Source: Veleropilina oligotropha (Eukaryota). From it: a stretch of DNA of 64,000 nt. Under the pieces are notes generated by a model. That model saw only the letters and a list, made by a program, of their open reading frames with translations, did no database searches and was not told the DNA's origin. The stretch spans positions 992,001 to 1,056,000 of the forward strand of contig JBEUKZ010000054.1 in assembly GCA_048128005.1 (NCBI GenBank), given 5' to 3'. This document shows positions 34,501-49,500 of this stretch, in pieces. The translations under genes and the position numbers were made by a program. How positions within the stretch are numbered: position 1 is the first letter of the stretch; the number at the start of each line of letters is the position of its first letter.

Positions 34501-37500
34501 TAGCTAGTTTATTAATTACATTGCTAACAACATATTTATTTGTCACCCAACCTTCTTATATAACATGGATATAATATTATTTATTCTTTTATAATGACAT
34601 AATTATGTTACCTTATTTTCGAAACCAATTAGCGTCATGATATTTTAGCGAATTTGCGCCGGACGCTAAATTCGCCAAGATTTTATGTTCGCTAAAATTT
34701 CATGACTTACAGTAATAAAACCTTGTGGTATACAATAACCTATACCGGATATAATAACCTATTCCGGATATAATAACCTATACCGGATATAATAACCTAT
34801 ACCGGATATAATAACCTATACCGGATATAATAACCTATACCGGATACAATAACCTATACCGGATATAATAACCTATACCGGATACAATAACCTATACCGG
34901 ATATAATAACCTATACCGGATATAATAACCTATACCGGATATAATAACCTATACCGGATATAATAACCTATACCGGATATAATAACATATACCGGATATA
35001 ATAACCTATACCGGATATAATAACCTATACCGGATATAATAACCTATACCGGATATAATAACCTATACCAGATATAATAACCTATACCGGATATAATAAC
35101 CTATACCGGATACAATAACCTATACCGGATATATTAACTTATACCGGATACAATAACCTATACCGGATATAATAACCTATACGGATATAATAACCTATAC
35201 CGGATATAATAACCTATACCGGATATAATAACCTATACCGGATATAATAACATATACCGGATATAACCTATACCGGATATAATAACATATACCGGATATA
35301 ATAACCTATACCGGATATAATAACCTATACCGGATATAATAACCTATACCGGATATAATAACCTATACCGGATATAATATTAAACCTATACCGGATATAA
35401 TAACCTATACCAGATATAATAACCTATACCGGATATAATAACCTATACCGGATATAATAACCTATACCGGATATAATATTAAACCTATACCGGATATAAT
35501 AACCTATACCGGATATAATAACCTATACCGGATATAATAACATATACCGGATATAATAACCTATACCGGATATAATAACCTGTACCGAATATAATAAATT
35601 ATACCGGATATAATAACCTATACCGGTACATAATGTTATATAATAACCTATACCGGTACATAATGTAGTGGATGTATTTGAAATAGAATTAAAAATCATT
35701 ATAATTGTTTTTTCAATTGTAGGATCTTATTGCGATGGATTGGGGCAGACGGCCATCTCCGGGCCCTGTACGGCTGGATATTACTGTGACAGAGGCGCAA
35801 ACGAGAGCACCCCGACGGACGGCGTGACAGGTAGGAAGGTTGAGGAAAGAAGATTTAACAGTTTAGTCAAGCTCCTTGTTTATGCCACCTTTAATAATAT
35901 TCATGGCATATATGACCTTGTATATAAAAAGAAAAAAGAGGTTCAAGATCGTTTGTATGAGTAAATTCAATATTATGTAACTATATGAATGAACTGTTTG
36001 TCATTATTAATCTGTTCTATCAACTTTGAATTATGAAATGTATTGATGCATGCTATATGGAGACAACGTACGTGACAAACTTTCTAGCACATCTGGGATC
36101 GAACTCTGGCACCCCATATTTTGTTGATAGTTGTCTGCTGCTTTAATAACGCTGATGTGTCACTTTATTTCAGGCGACATCTGCCCTGCGGGATTCTACT
36201 GCCTCGAGGGCTCGCCGACCCCTGAACCCTGCGCCAACGGCACCTTTATGAACCACACCGGGGCCATGGCCTGCTATATATGCCCTGAGGGGTACAGCTG
36301 CACTAATAGGGACCGAGCAGACACCTGCAGGCAGGGCTACTACTGCCCCGAAGGAACCGGTGCCGATCTCCAGCTCTGCCCCACAGGAACCTATGGGGCT
36401 ACAACAGGCCTAATAACGGAAAGTCAGTGTACTCCATGCACAGGTAACATACATGGATGTAGTAGTAATGTTTACTCCCTATTGTTTAGATTGCCAATTT
36501 TTTCATGTTTTCCCAAATCCGAAAACAATGAAAAGCACTGTATTTTCGTATTTACAACATTTAGATCTTAGATAGTTTGTTTGTTATTATCAAAAGACTG
36601 GTAAATTTTAGATCAATTTTGCATAGACCTTGGATATAATATGTGATATCAATCAGAGATGGGGTGTTAACATTAGGGCAATGGTGTCTGTCGGCGAGGA
36701 TAATAGTTAGGAGTTGGAAGTTCGAGAGGGCAATCCTTTTGGTAACGACATAATTGCAATGTTTATGGTTTATATTTAGGAGTTTAGCAAAAATGAAAAC
36801 GCCTTTGTCAATGCATATTTGCCGTACTCCTAGAAAACATAGTTTTTCATACAGAATTTTACAATTATGTGACATGGTGATAACCAATAAACTATTTCAC
36901 TCTTCTTCAATTCTATTATGGGTATGGAATTATCAACCAATTGACATCTATCAACCAATGAAAATCATTCTGCGCTTTTATATTTTTACATGGTTTTGAA
37001 CTCTTAGTTACAGTATATAATGTGTATTGTAATGCAAAGCCTTGTTTGTTTCAGGTGGATACTACTGCGGTACTCCTGGTTCACCGGTTGATGACGGAGA
37101 ATGTGTGGTTGGATATTTCTGTGAGGTGGGCGTCGACACGGCCACGCCCACTGACACTGCACCCCACAAGGGAGTGGGTGGGGAGTGCCCTCTGGGAAGC
37201 TACTGTCCGAGGGGCACAGCCCTACCGATACCATGTGCCTCGGGGAACTACACCAGCGTCAAGGGTAAGCCGACCCTACTTGGCAGATATAAATATGCTT
37301 TCAGATAAGTGTGCATGTGTTGGTCCTCCACTTCAATCACTTGCAAAAGTTATCCCCCTTAGCGAGAAAACGCACGTAAAGGCTTCTATAAATGTTTAGT
37401 TTTATGTACATAGTGAGCCATGATATCACCAATCATGAGTCAGTAGAATTAAGGTTACCAAGATAAATCTTATGAACAATGGATCACTACTGATATTTCT

Positions 37501-40500
37501 TTGTATAAAATGTTAATTCACACCAACAATTTATTTATTAAATCGTGATATTTTTGTTGATTGATCATTGCTGATTATCACTAATCAAAGATAATTTCAT
37601 CACATATGATATGCATTTATACTCAACATTTTCATTTGATTAATAACCAAACCATCTTAACTTCAGCCCGTGGTTCCTGTGACCAGTGTCCACTCGGATA
37701 TTTCTGTGAGATCAGCACGAGTGACCCCTTCTCGTTCCCCTGTTCCTCCGGCAACTACTGCCCAGCAGGGACGGAGTTCGATACGCAATACATGTGTCCA
37801 GCCGGAAGCTACAACTCGCTGCCCAACCAGGGCGACAGCTCGGCGTGCCTGATGTGTCCTCCCGGCCAATACTGCGAGGGTGACGGCCTCTCCGCGCCCA
37901 CTGGGAACTGCAGTGAGGGGTGGTTCTGTTCCGGGGGAGCCGTACAGAGCCGACCAGTCGTGCTAGGTAAGTATAGACAGCTCGACATGTCTGATGTGTC
38001 CTCCCGGCCAATACTGCGAGGGTGACATCCTTTCTGCGCCCACTGGGAACTGCAGTGAAAGGTAGTTCTGCTCTGGCGGAGCCGTTCAGAGCCGGCCGGT
38101 CGTGCTGGGTAAGTATAGACAGCCGCATCCAGGGCAGGCCGGTGGTGCTGAGTAAGTACAGACAGCTGTCGATAATTGTATCCGCGGACAACAGTCTCCC
38201 CGGACAACAGTCCCCCGAGGTACTCCGGACAACAGTCCCCGAGATGCTCGGCTTTTGTCTCCATGTTGTATGTCTTTAGAGATTTCTTGTTTGCGGTCAA
38301 GAATCAACAGTCACAATCTGATTTGGTTAAGATGAAGTCACGACACCGAACTGTTGTGGTCATTTTGCATTCACAATGGTTGCGGTGGATGGAATATAAG
38401 CCCCCTCTCGAGGTTTGCTGATTGAATGTTAATTATAGGTTAATTATTATAACGTTAATTATTCAAGTTGACAAATTATTTAGTTGTTTTAAGGATATTT
38501 ACTTGAATTGTTAATTAATATTTTTTTAAAGAAGATAACTTAACATGTGCACTGCAGAATATATCACATCGTGGTATAATATTGTACTTGCAGTATTCAA
38601 TAACTTTTTAAAGCATAATAAAAAATATTTCTCTTCATCATCATGTTATTTACGTTCAGTTTGGTGCTTAATTCGATTTTATTTGCAGCCACTGGAGGTC
38701 GGTGCGATGCAGGATCATATTGTCCGGAGGGATCTAGTGGCCCCGTGAGCTGCGATCCCGGCATGTACTGCGGACAGAGTGAGCTCGCACTGCCTACAGG
38801 TGTGTAGAGGAGAACGATGCCACGAATAGTGGACCCTTATAGAAGGAATATTACAAACATAAATAATTTACAAATGCAGTCAACACACTTATCTAATAAA
38901 TGCCTGTGTTCATTGCAATTCAACTTGTCAATGTGTACAATTTACGTTGTCAACGAATTTAATTCAATAATTATGGAGGGATATTTCCAAATTGTAATGT
39001 TGAATGGGTCATTGTATTGACTGACTTATTTCCCATGTTTCTTTTTCAGAGTATATCTTATAAACCACAATAAAATCTTCCTAAAACTGATTGAATTAAG
39101 CAGTTGTTGAATCAAATGTGGTTAAATTGTGAAATTGATGTCTTATGAAAATTATGATATAAACATCAAAACATAAATAAGTAGAACAAGCCAATCAGAA
39201 GATTACAGATTTGATATGATGTGCATCTTACTGGGGGGCACTGGTTATGATGTGCATCTGACTGGGCACTGGTTATGATGTGCATCTGACTGGGCACTGG
39301 TTATGATGTGCATCTTACTGGGCACTGGTTATGATGTGCATCTTACTGGGGGGCACTGGTTATGATGTGCATCTTACTGGGGGGCACTGGTTATGATGTG
39401 CATCTTACTGGGGGGCACTGGTTATGATGTGCATCTTACTGGGGGGCACTGGTTATGATGTGCATCTTACTGGGCACTGGTTATGATGTGCATCTTACTG
39501 GGCACTGGTTATGATGTGCATCTTACTGGGCACTGGTTATGATGTGCATCTTACTGGGGGGCACTGGTTATGATGTGCATCTTACTGGGGGGCACTGGTT
39601 ATGATGTGCATCTTACTGGGGGGCACTGGTTATGATGTGCATCTTACTGGGGGGCACTGGTTATGATGTGCATCTTACTGGGGGGCACTGGTTATGATGT
39701 GCATCTTACTGGGGGGCACTGGTTATGATGTGCATCTTACTGGGGGGCACTGGTTATGATGTGCATCTTACTGGGGGGCACTGGTTATGATGTGCATCTT
39801 ACTGGGGGGCACTGGTTATGATGTGCATCTTACTGGGGGGCACTGGTTATGATGTGCATCTTACTGGGGGGCACTGGTTATGATGTGCATCTTACTGGGG
39901 GGCACATCTTACTGGGCACTGGTTATGATGTGCATCTTACTGGGCACTGGTTATGATGTGCATCTGACTGGGCACTGGTTATGATGTGCATCTTACTGGG
40001 CACTGGTTATGATGTGCATCTTACTGGGCACTGGTTATGATGTGCATCTTACTGGGGGGCACTGGTTATGATGTGCATCTGACTGGGCACTGGTTATGAT
40101 GTGCATCTTACTGGGGGGCACTGGTTATGATGTGCATCTTACTGGGGGGCACTGGTTATGATGTGCATCTGACTGGGCACTGGTTATGATGTGCATCTTA
40201 CTGGGCACTGGTTATGATGTGCATCTGACTGGGCACTGGTTATGATGTGCATCTTACTGGGCACTGGTTATGATGTGCATCTTACTGGGCACTGGTTATG
40301 ATGTGCATCTTACTGGGGGGCACTGGTTATGATGTGCATCTTACTGGGGGGCACTGGTTATGATGTGCATCTTACTGGGGGGCACTGGTTATGATGTGAT
40401 GTGCATCTTACTGGGGGGCACTGGTTATTGATATGATGTGCATCTTACTGGGGGGCACTGGTTATTGATATGATGTGCATCTTACTGGGGGGCACTGGTT

Positions 40501-43500
40501 ATGATGTGCATCTTACTGGGGGGCACTGGTTATGATGTGCATCTTACTGGGGGGCACTGGTTATGATGTGCATCTTACTGGGGGGCACTGGTTATGATGT
40601 GCATCTTACTGGGGGGCACTGGTTATGATGTGCATCTTACTGGGGGGCACTGGTTATGATGTGCATCTTACTGGGCACTGGTTATTGATATGATGTGCAT
40701 CTTACTGGGGGGCACTGGTTATGATGTGCATCTTACTGGGCACTGGTTATGATGTGCATCTTACTGGGCACTGGTTATGATGTGCATCTTACTGGGCACT
40801 GGTTATGATGTGCATCTTACTGGGCACTGGTTATGATGTGCATCTTACTGGGGGGCACTGGTTATGATGTGCATCTTACTGGGCACTGGTTATGATGTGC
40901 ATCTTACTGGGGGGCACTGGTTATGATGTGCATCTGACTGGGCACTGGTTATGATGTGCATCTTACTGGGGGGCACTGGTTATGATGTGCATCTTACTGG
41001 GGGGCACTGGTTATGATGTGCATCTTACTGGGCACTGGTTATGATGTGCATCTTACTGGGGGGCACTGGTTATGATGTGCATCTTACTGGGCACTGGTTA
41101 TGATGTGCATCTTACTGGGGGGCACTGGTTATGATGTGCATCTTACTGGGGGGCACATCTTACTGGGCACTGGTTATGATGTGCATCTTACTGGGCACTG
41201 GTTATGATGTGCATCTTACTGGGGGGCACTGGTTATGATGTGCATCTTACTGGGGGGCACATCTTACTGGGCACTGGTTATGATGTGCATCTTACTGGGC
41301 ACTGGTTATGATGTGCATCTTACTGGGCACTGGTTATGATGTGCATCTTACTGGGCACTGGTTATGATGTGCATCTTACTGGGCACTGGTTATGATGTGC
41401 ATCTTACTGGGCACTGGTTATGATGTGCATCTTACTGGGCACTGGTTATTGATATGATGTGCATCTTACTGGGCACTGGTTATTCAACGATGGTATGTGT
41501 CTCTTCCCAGGCTACTGTGATGCCGGCGTGTCTTGTCCGGCTGGGCAGACTGTTCCCTATCCGTTTTTATTTATCTGCTTGTCTGGACACTACTGCCCAG
41601 TAGGGACCGGATTATCCGTGCCATGTCCAACTGGAACCTTCACCAACGTTACTGGAAACACCAACATCACAGATTGCCAGTCTTGCACTCCAGGTTAGTA
41701 GCTGGTTAAAACATTTCGTCAAATGTGTAAACATTTAACATTGATGATATTTTGGCGCTAAACTCATCCATTCAATAATTTATTGCTGTGGTCTGTGTTG
41801 AATAAGGAGCATATTTTTACCATGAAAATAGCTACCGCAAGATTTTATGCACCGTAGCTACCATTACAATACGGATCTCTGCTGCCGATGCTCATTGTCA
41901 CCTTAAACGTATATATTTTAAATAGTACACTGTAGCAATTTATAAAATAGTTTCCCTATCTTGACAATATGACATATTCATTTACAGGTGACTATTGCTC
42001 GGGAACTAGCTTGACGAAAGAAACGAACCCTTGCAGTGGCGGTTACTACTGCCCTGGTGGCCAGTCCACGCCCATACCGGCTGAATTCCCCTGCCCACCT
42101 GGCTTTTATTGTCCAATAGGAAGCAAAGAACCACTAATCTGCGACAGAGGTGAGGCAATTTAGATAATAATGGCCTAAAGCATAAATTACGATCTTCTGT
42201 TTTGATTTGGCAACAGGTACAACTAAAATAATTTGCCAAAAATGTTAGTGTCGGTACATACAAATCTTCACATGATAATACGTTATTTAAACACAAACTT
42301 AATAACAGCACATCTGTATTTGTAAATGAATAAAAGTGTCTTTGAGTTAATGCAGGTATGATTCTTTGTCTGGTCACCCATTCAAGCAACTTAATTAAAT
42401 GAGAATCAATCCAGAAATTTGATCTTTCTTTTACATGTTTTAAGGTTTCTATCAGCCGTTGACCGGACAGCCGATATGCGAGCCATGCCCCTCTTCAAAG
42501 TATTGTGATCCGTTTGAGCTCGGAAATGTTACTGGGGTCATCACCCCGGTCAGTTGTCCACAGGGATATTACTGCCCAACACAGACTGGACAGAGCGACC
42601 AGTACCCCTGTCCCGCTGGTCGCTATGGAAACGGACCCGGGAAGCGAATACTGGGCAAGTATCAATATCTTGTTACATATTAGTACGCAGAACAAGCGTG
42701 GTTTAAATTATTTATATATAAGTTAAGAAGGTATCGTAGTTTAAATTTGTTATCTCTTGTTTTGTCCACTTTCCATGTTTATTTTTTGTTACATGTAATT
42801 AATTTCATTATGAAATATAAAATATTGCATTTAATTTAGTATATTAATTAAACCACATATAATCGAAATGTACAACTTTAACCTCTTATTGTTCAATTCC
42901 CTGGTGGTTTTGAAAAATTACATTGTATCCCCCATCATTTAATGCAGTGCCATTTCATCAGGCAATGTTTGTCAAACCTTCCTGATTGAGATATTTTTTA
43001 TGTGAGTGTAACGTTGTCGTCGTCAAATAAAATTGATGTTGAATGCTAAACATTTATTATCAACAATTTATGCATATTTTCCTGAAGTCCACATTGCTCA
43101 TAAAATAATTTGAATTCCTTTGTGACAATCCCCCATTTCCTGACTGCCTCTATGCATTTCAGAGGAGTGTCCGGAGTGCATCCCCGGCTATTACTGTCCG
43201 ACTGAAGGATTGACCACGCCATTCGCGATGTGTCAGGCTGGATACTTCTGTCAGATCGGAGCCTCCGTGTCCACGCCTCCGGATTCTGCTACCGGCGGGA
43301 TCTGCGCTCTCGGCCACTACTGCGAGACCGGATCCTCATCCCCCACCAGTGAGTTGGATGTCAGCTAAGTTTAATACGATATTGACAGTTAACATGCATT
43401 TATGATTTAGTTCTGAATTGTAGTCTGTATATAAAAACCAGATGTTATGGGAATTATTCCTATTTGGTTTTAGAATACCATTAAGCTGCATGGCATTGAT

Positions 43501-46500
43501 GGCATGGTATTAATTTAAAATTTATAGTTTTAAAATGAGGAAAATGTCATTGAGTGCTCAATGCAATAACGGAAGTCGGAGTCACTTGTGACGCTGGACC
43601 ACAAACTTGAGCCGATTTTACCCCAGCTGTGCAAGTGATTTTCCTACCTTCGCTGTCTTCTCCATTGCATACAGCATACATTCATTTCATCATGCAAATT
43701 TTATCAAGCCAAATATGACTGATATTTTGATGGTGTGGTCACTAAGTGGTCACTAAGTCCGAATTCATCCATTAACATGATTATCAATGTTGAAATGAGC
43801 ATGGCAGAATTGCTTGATATTAAAAGACAAGTTTTGTTAATATCAGAATGATTCATTCAAGTTATGTAGTTATTTTTATCTAATGTTATGTTACTATTAT
43901 TAAACATACTATATGTTTTCATGGAGTTTCAAGAGATATCCTCTAACTGAGCCTTATCAACTCATTAGTAATAATCGAAAGTTTGTTTTTTGAGTAAAAT
44001 TTTAAATGGTTCTTTCTGTGAGTATTACTATTATATTTTAACAACATTTGTTTAGTTGTCCTCATTTGGACAGCATGGCTGAGTGGATACGGTGCTGGTT
44101 TATTAACCGAATGCCCTGGGTTCAATTTCCAGGAGTGCCGGGGATTTTTCTCTTGATCGCTGCCTTCATTGCACACAACATCAATTAATTTCTTCATTCA
44201 AAGTTGATCGACCCGTGGTTGTTAGACTTCATTCATCATCAGCAGCAGTTGTCCTCATTTTTGCTCCTTTATATGTTCACAAGTTACTAGATGCATTTAA
44301 TATCATTGCTATATAACAATTTGTTTAGATGATAGGTGCCCAGTGGGTACGTTTGGCAATGTGACGGGTTTGACGGCAGCCAGCGAGTGCTTGCCGTGTG
44401 ATCCCGGCTTCTACTGCCCATCCAAGGGCCTGGTCAGTCCGGTGCTGCAGTGCACGGCCGGTTTCTACTGTCAGTCCGGGTCATCCACACCAGACCCTAT
44501 TCCATGCATTGAGGGTCACTACTGCCCCACAGGGACCCCAACACCAGTGGCCTGTCCACGGGGGTACTATCTGGACACCACAGGTGAGGTTAATTGAATG
44601 GAATGTGTGCTGTTTAATAGTTTCATGTTTTGTTTTAAACATCTCAAAGAAAAAGATGCTTAATTCGGCAATTTATGAGTAAAATTATTCATTATTATTT
44701 GTCAGAATGATTTGCTTGGTGTACCGATGATCTTTCATAGTTCGCTCAATTGACTATTCTTAACACGAGCACCATGGTAACAGTGTAACAGTGCCAAAAC
44801 ATTGAGTGTCATGAATGAGTCGGAAACAAGCATACCTTTAGCGATTACTCCTGGCATCATATCTGTGAACTCTGACTTTTAACATTACCATGATTGTAAC
44901 ATTTAGCCACAGACAGATCAACCGATAAGCAGTGTTCACAAGCCAGTGTTGCTTCAATATGATTCAAGTTGACTGCATCTTGAATTGTAATATTACGAGA
45001 AGGTTGTTTGAGAAGGACATTTGACATGCTATAAAGTTGATTATTCTTGCAGGTCACAATGAGCTGAGTGACTGCATCGAGTGCCAGGCGCGATACTACT
45101 GCCTGAATGCAGGCGGGGCCAACATGACAGGGCTGTGCATGGCGGGATACTACTGCGTCAGCGGCGCCCGCGACCCCAACCCCACAGGTATGGAATAATG
45201 ACGGTGATGCTCCTTGTCCGTGATTTGTCTGCTGCAAATGTATATTTAATATTATCATATATTCTTCTACCCATTCTAAAATAACATGAATATTTTGATC
45301 TTAAGATAATACTTGTTTATGCAGTGTATTAAGCTATGGCACTGTCCACCCTCCTCATTACCTCAGTATGTCTGTATTTTTAAAAATTAAATTTCCTGAG
45401 TTGAGGAGCTTTTATAATTTGCTAATACCATTCGACATTTTACCTAATTTTGATCCTTTTTTTAAAACTAGAATTTGGTTAAAAATTTGTTCCGTATACA
45501 TAAAGACTTTATTCATTGTGATTATATTTCATTGAAAATAAATTTGTTATATAAAGCACAAATAGCAGGTGGATAATGTATCGTTTACATTACTTTGGTT
45601 ATAAATTACAGTGGATTCCGCTTATTTGCATAGTGAGATTTCCGCGATTATTTATGCGATTATACGGATTATGCGTTTAACCGTTTTAACCATTCGGTAA
45701 ATTTCGGAAATTGTTTTTCGCCGGAAACCACAGACGATAATTACTTGTATTTAAAATGGTTCTTTATTATAAACATATGTTCTGGTAATAAATTTATTTG
45801 TAAGGAAGAATTTGTGTAATGTATTTTTCCATCCATAATACGGATTGTATACACAATTTTTTGTGGTTATTCTGACCTGAAGGTGACTAGCCTGTTTAAG
45901 TAGACTTGATATGGGTCTCGAAAGTGTATCGTCGCATTTCATTACATTACTATGGTGTTTCAAATTCATATTCAGAACGTTTCTCTTCTGCTGAACACGT
46001 GTCGCATTACTGGCCGCCATGTTGAAAAATTAGCCTATGTTTTAATCTCGAATTGATTTTTTTAAAATTATTGAATAATTATTTCTAGCGAGATTTAATT
46101 ATTTCAGTATATTATGATATGATATAAAAAACTTAATAAGACGTTGTCTTCAAATATAAATTAAAATAATAATTAAATCACCATAGGTCGCAATAACGTA
46201 ACTACGTTTATGAAAACAAGGAAGATAATATGCGTTCAGATAAACTCAAAAGTCTGTCATTTGGACTCTGGACATTATATTTTTAATCCGATTATCGTGT
46301 GTGAATGTGCTAATTAAGAAATCAGACAAAGATGATCGTTTATAGACCTCATTGACAAAGACGATCGTTTATAGACCTCATTAATTTTAATTTAGCAAAA
46401 GACAAATATCCCTTTTGATGCCGACACAATGTAGGGGTAAGGGCCTACTTCGCTTTATCGATCGATATCCGCCATCCGATAATTCTCCGACTGTCATCAC

Positions 46501-49500
46501 TCTTTCCGTAACATTTCTGCACTGCAATGATGTTTACCGAACTTTCATATCCGTCTTTTTCCGGAAGTGAAAATTATTTTGAAACTCACGAGGTTGCAGA
46601 AATGGTTAAAACTTTGAATGTTACTGTTGAATAAACATCTTTATGATGGCGTATCAAGACATACTGGCAAAAACGCATTGCCAAGTATTTTGATCGATTT
46701 AACGATTTTATTATCAATTATGTATTGTTTTGTCAATTATGCGGTCAAAAATTTCTTATGCAAATAAGCAAAAATCCGGTAATTATGCATGCAATTAAGC
46801 GATTATTTGCATATGATAATAATAGTAATCTATTCTGTTCCTGCAGATTTTATGCAAATATCCGAAATATGCAAATAAGTGGAATCCACTGTACTTTCAA
46901 ATTGGTTATAAATTGCACTTTCTGTTGATCGCAGATGGCGTGACTGGCGACATATGTCCCATCGGTCATTATTGCCCCGAGGGCACCTGGAATGCTTTGC
47001 CCTGCCCGGTGTCCACCTACATGGATCACACCGGTGCTGCCATCTGTGACGACTGTCCCGAGGGCTTCTACTGCTCCAGTGGTGACCGGGCGGACATCTG
47101 CCCCCAGGGCTACTACTGTCCTCCCGGCACGGGCACTGGGTTCCAGCCCTGCCCCATAGGTAGGCTATGTATGATGTGTTATGTTAATATGAATATGGAT
47201 GAAATTAATCATATTTGAATTGGTAATGAAAAAGGAAAAGATCGATGCTTAATGTTCTGTATCTTTCCAAACATTCGATTCAAAGCAGGACATGTCTATA
47301 TTATCGCGGGAGAAAATCCCAGCTGCCCTGGGAAACCTGCACTCTCCGAGCAGTCACGGACAATTCATAACTTTAACAAATAATGTCATGTCCCTACATG
47401 CATCATCGGAATCAAGCCTGTCGTATCGGTCGAATTGGTAATGAATACATGTGAAATATCAAACATGTTCAAAAAATTTTTCCTGCAGATGCACCACTCT
47501 TAATGATATTAAATAGATGCCATTGTTCAGAAACAAGTTATCAATTTCGATGCAAGTGGCGTTCTAGACTATTGTTATCCTATTCATATTAAAATCTAGT
47601 ATGAATGGTGATGGTGAGATCATTATTGACCTTTCAAACAGTTTTTCTCAACATTTTAATACCTTCATCTCAGGAACGTTTGGCGCCAACCCAGGCCTCA
47701 GCAACGAGACACAGTGTACCCCCTGTACCGGCGGCTTCTACTGCGACCGCCCCAATCTGGCTGCACCGGCGGGACCCTGCAACCCGGGATATTACTGTGA
47801 AATCAGTAAGTTCTCCTCGACGTATCTATTACATGCTATTTTCCTGCTCGGTATTTGCAACAATTACTCACTGTTGATAGTATTATATTCATTCTGTTGT
47901 GTATGTCATAATTTCAAGTATAATAAAAAGTATATTTTATTATACAATAATTGTTCTTCGAGGTCATCACAAATCCAAAATCTAATTTTAGCACTTTAAT
48001 ATGAAATTCAATGAAGTTTGTGAAGACAACTATTTCCAACAAGTTACACTAATTGTGTTTAACTATACTCATTTTAACCATTTAACATTTAACAAGGTGT
48101 CAACATTCCCACTCCTGAACCCAGCGTGGTCCATATTGGTGTTGGAGGCAAGTGCCCGCCCGGTACTGAATGCCCCCAGGGATCGTCTTATCCCGCTGTG
48201 TGCACGCCAGGAACGTATTCATCAGCCGACGGCCAGGCTGCTTGCCTTCCATGCACACCAGGTAACAGATTCTATTGGTTGATTTGACAAACACTGCTTC
48301 ACTCTGATTGGACAGTAACGATGATTCTCAGAATAATTAACTTCAATCTGATAGATTTACATATTCTGATGATTATATAAGTAGTACAGAGTAAATCTTC
48401 AGCATAAATGAAAACAGAGTTACTGTATCTTTATCCTTCTATTAATTCCGCAAATCTCTGTGTGTTTGTTTGTTTGTTTGTCCTTCAAATATCTCGAGAA
48501 CCGTCGACCCGATTGTCTTCAAAGTTTGTGGGTGCATGACTGGCGACCCCGGGGAGTGCATATCAAAAGGTCAATGCCAACGGATATAGATTAAGGATGT
48601 TTTTTAGCATTTTTCCGAAAACAGCGCTAAGGGCAAGTTCAATAGTAGCTAACGTTACCTAACGCTTCTTGGGATAATGAACGACAGGTGATAATTTTTG
48701 TCATACGAACAAATCAAGTCTCTAAATAAACAAGTAATTTAGAAAGTACAAGAATACATATTTTGCATCTGCATATTAATTCCATACTGCTGTTATTATT
48801 GAACATATACGTGTTGTAGATAACCCATTTAACTATTAATATTAACTTCATTAGGTATAGAATGAATTTTACTGCACATAACCGTTGCAAATTAAATTAA
48901 CCCCCCTCCATGTTCGACCAAAGTTGTTATTTACAATGCAAGACAGCAGAGAGCAAAAAAATAAGATAAATACATAGACATTTAATAGCATTATTATGAT
49001 AGATTAACTTTTAGTTAAGTATTATTCAGACTATTCGACGTCTTCGCATGTATTTCAATTTTTTTTATTTCCTGGCAAACACACCGTGTCTGCTGACCGT
49101 TCTATTTTGCTCAATTTTTGTTCAGAAAACCGTTCAACTTGAATAGTTAGCTAACGTTAGGTAACGTTATCTAACGTTTACTTCCATTGAACTCTGCCCA
49201 AAACAAATGCAAAGATACAAAGGGAAGTAATACATTAAACACAATATGCTTCAACAAAGATAATTTATTATTTGATGGGAAAAGTACGGTACTATAGACA
49301 ATCGTCATTGAAACGACGAGTCTATTGTATTTTCCTTTATTAAATGATTAACATGTTTTTAAAAGCCTACGTATTTTTTATGCCGGGAAAGTACGGTACA
49401 ATATAAATTCGTCATTGAAACAACGAGTTGATTTCAACGTGCTTTTGCACTGGAAACCAACGTTCGAATATTTGTAAAAATCTGTCAGTGTAAAAGCCTC

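Noticed and set aside
44068..44140. Functional tRNA gene
   Set aside because: A and B boxes are present, but acceptor and anticodon stems do not pair; more likely a SINE remnant.
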